From Escherichia virus LS2, in sequence record MN518894.2: a DNA stretch of 39,197 nt, one strand, 5' to 3'. Under the pieces are notes generated by a model. The model was not told the origin of the DNA and ran no database searches. It saw only the letters and a list, made by a program, of their open reading frames with translations. Position numbers and translations under genes: made by a program. Positions 36,286 to 39,197 of this stretch are shown one piece after another; within the stretch, counting starts at the first letter, position 1; the number at the start of each line of letters is the position of its first letter.

Positions 36286-36735
36286 ATGCTCGAATTTTTA
36301 AAGAGAGCTGCTCCGTGGTTACTTGCAGCAGTGATGTTTGCTGGTGGCTACCACACCGCTAACAATAAGTGGGAGGCTAAGGTCAATGAAGAATACACCT
36401 CGAATCTTAAGGCATCGGAAGATACAAGGCTTGCTGTCCAAGCTGAAGTCAACAAAGTGTCCAAACGGTTTCAGGACGAAATGTCCTCGCTGGAAGGCAG
36501 CACTGATAGGATTATTGCTGATCTTCAGTCTGACAATAAGCGGCTGCGCATCCGAGTCAAGCCAACGAGTGGAACCACGCAAAGTGACGGTCGATGCGTC
36601 ATTGATGGTTACGCCGAGCTTGACGAAAGAGATGCTAAACGTCTTATCACCATCGGAGTGAAAGGAGACAAGTGGATTAAGGCCCTTCAGGACACTGTGA
36701 GAGCCTTGCAGCAAGATAAGGAGGTGACGCATTGA
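36286..36735 (+). CDS. gp18.5: Rz-like spanin, inner-membrane subunit (T7 gp18.5 homolog)
   Basis: 149 aa with N-terminal transmembrane segment; position after the small terminase. Confidence 0.85.
   Translation: MLEFLKRAAPWLLAAVMFAGGYHTANNKWEAKVNEEYTSNLKASEDTRLAVQAEVNKVSKRFQDEMSSLEGSTDRIIADLQSDNKRLRIRVKPTSGTTQSDGRCVIDGYAELDERDAKRLITIGVKGDKWIKALQDTVRALQQDKEVTH
36386..36661 (+). CDS. gp18.7: Rz1-like outer-membrane lipoprotein spanin embedded in the +1 frame of Rz (start assigned to an internal Met; exact start uncertain)
   Basis: [25 protein letters not shown] matches the T7 gp18.7 lipobox region ([25 protein letters not shown]). Confidence 0.75.
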   Translation: MKNTPRILRHRKIQGLLSKLKSTKCPNGFRTKCPRWKAALIGLLLIFSLTISGCASESSQRVEPRKVTVDASLMVTPSLTKEMLNVLSPSE

Positions 36736-38495
36736 GTAAAGATTTAGTGGCGCGTCAGGCGCTAATGACTGCCCGTATGAAGGCAGACTTCGTGTTCTTC
36801 CTGTTCGTCCTGTGGAAAGCTCTGTCACTACCAGTCCCGACTCGCTGTCAGATTGACATGGCGAAGAAACTATCGGCTGGGGACAACAGGCGTTTCATCC
36901 TACAGGCGTTCCGTGGTATCGGGAAGTCATTCATTACGTGCGCATTCGTGGTATGGAAACTGTGGAACAACCCAGACTTGAAGTTCATGATTGTGTCGGC
37001 CTCAAAGGAACGAGCCGATGCTAACTCCATATTCATCAAGCGAATCATCGACCTCATGCCTCAGCTTCAGGAACTCAAACCTAAGCAGGGACAGCGAGAT
37101 GCGGTTATTAGCTTCGACGTTGGACCAGCCAAGCCAGACCACTCACCTTCGGTTAAGTCCGTTGGTATCACTGGTCAGTTGACTGGTAGTCGTGCTGACA
37201 TCCTGATTGCCGATGACGTGGAGGTTCCGAACAACTCAGCGACTCAGGCTGCCCGAGACCGTCTGTCAGAGCTTGTAAAAGAGTTTGACGCTATCCTGAA
37301 GCCGGGAGGCACAATCATCTATCTGGGTACTCCTCAGAACGAGATGACCCTGTATCGTGAGCTGGAAGGGCGTGGGTATACCACTACTATCTGGCCTGCT
37401 CGTTACCCGCGCGATAAGAAGGACTGGCAGTCTTACGGCGACCGTCTGGCTCCGATGCTTCAGGCAGAGCTGGAAGAGGACCCTGAGTCATTCTACTGGC
37501 GTCCGACCGATGAAGTACGATTCGATGATACGGACCTGAAGGAACGTGAGCTGTCCTACGGTAAAGCTGGCTTCGCTCTACAGTTCATGCTTAACCCTAA
37601 CCTGAGTGATGCCGATAAGTACCCTCTGAAGCTCCGTGACCTTATCGTAGCAGACTTGGACCCAGCGTCCAGCCCAATGGTCTACCAATGGCTTCCTAAC
37701 CCTCAGAACAAGCGTGAGGACGTTCCTAACGTTGGACTCATTGGTGACTCATACCACACGTATCAGACTGTAGGTTCTGCCTTCAGTTCGTACACCCAGA
37801 AGATTCTGGTCATTGACCCTAGTGGTCGTGGTAAGGATGAAACTGGTTATGCGGTACTGTACCAGCTAAACGGCTACATCTTCGCTATGGAAGTTGGCGG
37901 TATGCGAGGTGGCTATGAAGACTCTACGCTGGAAGCCTTGGCTAAGATTGGTCGTAAGTGGAAGGTCAACGAATACGTCATTGAGGGTAACTTTGGTGAT
38001 GGTATGTACCTTGAGCTATTCAAGCCTGTAGCTTCCCGTATTCATCCTGCTGCTGTAACTGAAGTGAAGAGTAAGGGCCAGAAGGAGCTCCGAATCTGTG
38101 ACGTTCTGGAGCCTATCATGGGGTCTCACCGACTTATCGTCAACGCTGCTGCTATCGTACAAGATTACCAGTTGGCCTCTGATAAGGATGGTGTTCGTAA
38201 CCCTATCTACTCTCTCTTCTACCAGATGACACGTATCTCTCGTGAACGTGGAGCATTGGCACACGATGACCGACTTGATGCGCTGGCTATCGGTGTACAG
38301 TTCTTCGTTGAGTCTATGGCGAAGGATGCCAACAAAGGCGAACGTGAAGTCACTGAGGAGTGGCTGGAAGAACAGATGGAGAACCCACGGAAAGGCTTCG
38401 AGTCAATCCACACTGAGTTCTGGGACAATGGGGTCAGGGTAACTCACGATACTGACGACGAGCTGGGACTAGGGTCCTACGTTACGTTCCACTAG
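36732..38495 (+). CDS. gp19: Terminase large subunit (T7 gp19 homolog)
   Basis: 587-aa ORF with ATPase and nuclease regions at the conserved position. Confidence 0.95.
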   Translation: MSKDLVARQALMTARMKADFVFFLFVLWKALSLPVPTRCQIDMAKKLSAGDNRRFILQAFRGIGKSFITCAFVVWKLWNNPDLKFMIVSASKERADANSIFIKRIIDLMPQLQELKPKQGQRDAVISFDVGPAKPDHSPSVKSVGITGQLTGSRADILIADDVEVPNNSATQAARDRLSELVKEFDAILKPGGTIIYLGTPQNEMTLYRELEGRGYTTTIWPARYPRDKKDWQSYGDRLAPMLQAELEEDPESFYWRPTDEVRFDDTDLKERELSYGKAGFALQFMLNPNLSDADKYPLKLRDLIVADLDPASSPMVYQWLPNPQNKREDVPNVGLIGDSYHTYQTVGSAFSSYTQKILVIDPSGRGKDETGYAVLYQLNGYIFAMEVGGMRGGYEDSTLEALAKIGRKWKVNEYVIEGNFGDGMYLELFKPVASRIHPAAVTEVKSKGQKELRICDVLEPIMGSHRLIVNAAAIVQDYQLASDKDGVRNPIYSLFYQMTRISRERGALAHDDRLDALAIGVQFFVESMAKDANKGEREVTEEWLEEQMENPRKGFESIHTEFWDNGVRVTHDTDDELGLGSYVTFH

Positions 38496-38589
38496 CTGAA
38501 TGAATAACTATAGGCGAAAACTGAATTAATAAGCAGTTAGTAACCTATAGTTACTACCAGCCTAACCTACTGTTTTATAAGGAGTTTGG

Positions 38590-38612
38590 ACTTAACTATC
38601 ACTATAGGGAAG
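38590..38612 (+). promoter_or_regulatory. Phage-RNAP promoter (+1 near 38607), phiOR equivalent
   Basis: gacttaactatcactata G ggaag. Confidence 0.8.
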
Positions 38613-38792
38613 ACCCCCGGTTACTTATAGTATTACTGTAGTGAATATACATATGCAGACTTTATGCAAGACCTTAGGAGGCAGACTCCGAGTTCTTACC
38701 TAAGGCTTGCACCGATGGAAGGAGGGTGATATTAATCATAATCCCTCCTATACAGATAGTCAAAGACCATAGATACAGGAGGTATGTAGCAT

Positions 38793-38951
38793 ATGGCAAA
38801 GACCAAAGCTGTACTTAAAGCTCTGGCGACCAATCGAGCTACATACAGGTTTCTTGCTGCTGTTCTACTTGCTGCTGGCGTTACTGCTGGAAGTCAGTGG
38901 GTCGGGTGGGTCGAGACTCTCGTATGTTCTCTGGTCTCTCAGTGTAATTAA
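38793..38951 (+). CDS. Small hydrophobic protein (52 aa) at the gene 19.5 position
   Basis: ACAGGAGG Shine-Dalgarno; predicted membrane helix FLAAVLLAAGVTAG. Confidence 0.5.
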   Translation: MAKTKAVLKALATNRATYRFLAAVLLAAGVTAGSQWVGWVETLVCSLVSQCN

Positions 38952-39120
38952 CGCAATCATAGTAACGATTCATGAGCGGAAGACCTAAGGTCAGTACGTG
39001 GATAAAGACTCACTCTACTGACCTTAGCTACTGTAGTCAAGGACTTTAGGTAACACCATTTAGAAGCTCACTTAGGGTCATCCTACTTATTGGTCTACTA
39101 GTGGTCATCCTAGTGCCTTG

Positions 39121-39144
39121 GACCTACGGTCCTTGACCTACAGT
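39121..39144. repeat. Right-end copies of the CCTACAGT-type repeat (gacctacggtcc, cctacagt)
   Basis: Same motif as the left-end array, consistent with genome-end repeats. Confidence 0.45.
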
Positions 39145-39197
39145 AGCTGCCACCTACGCGGTCACGATGAGTTTTGGACCAAAAGTTTGAGACCACA

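Overview
The window is an almost complete, co-linear genome of a T7-like virulent podophage (Autographiviridae type), with every supported gene on the + strand. Identified by protein similarity recalled from T7 (no database search was possible): Ocr (gp0.3), single-subunit RNA polymerase, gp1.1, DNA ligase, gp2, SSB, endonuclease I, amidase/lysozyme, primase-helicase, DNA polymerase, gp5.5, gp5.7, exonuclease, gp6.5 to gp7.3, portal, scaffold, major capsid, tail tubular A/B, internal virion proteins gp13 to gp16, tailspike, holin, small terminase, Rz/Rz1 and large terminase. There are 11 phage-RNAP promoters (consensus cTAAACTATCACTATAGGgA), one sigma70-type early promoter, two UUCG-loop terminator candidates and three near-identical RNase III-type sites. 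There is no gp0.7 kinase, integrase, tRNA or CRISPR. Three things are not ordinary. (1) Two blocks use exactly one codon per amino acid, a reverse-translation or synthetic-design signature: 7778-7999 (ligase C-terminus) and 33529-35681 (tailspike body plus 105 nt past its stop). The tailspike block encodes a pectate-lyase-like depolymerase domain and joins the native N-terminal anchor through an out-of-frame recoded duplicate of an 18-aa motif. (2) Between gene 1 and the next phage promoter lie a block-mosaic copy of the neighbouring 71-codon gene, a start-less coding fragment, and a 48-nt (ACGT)8(TGCA)4 tract dense in restriction sites. (3) A phage promoter sits directly upstream of the RNAP gene. 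I could not demonstrate a discrete multi-gene novel system. The best candidates for undescribed biology are the chimeric tailspike module, the unassigned early ORFs around ocr, and a DUF3850/ASCH-like gene between tail genes 11 and 12.
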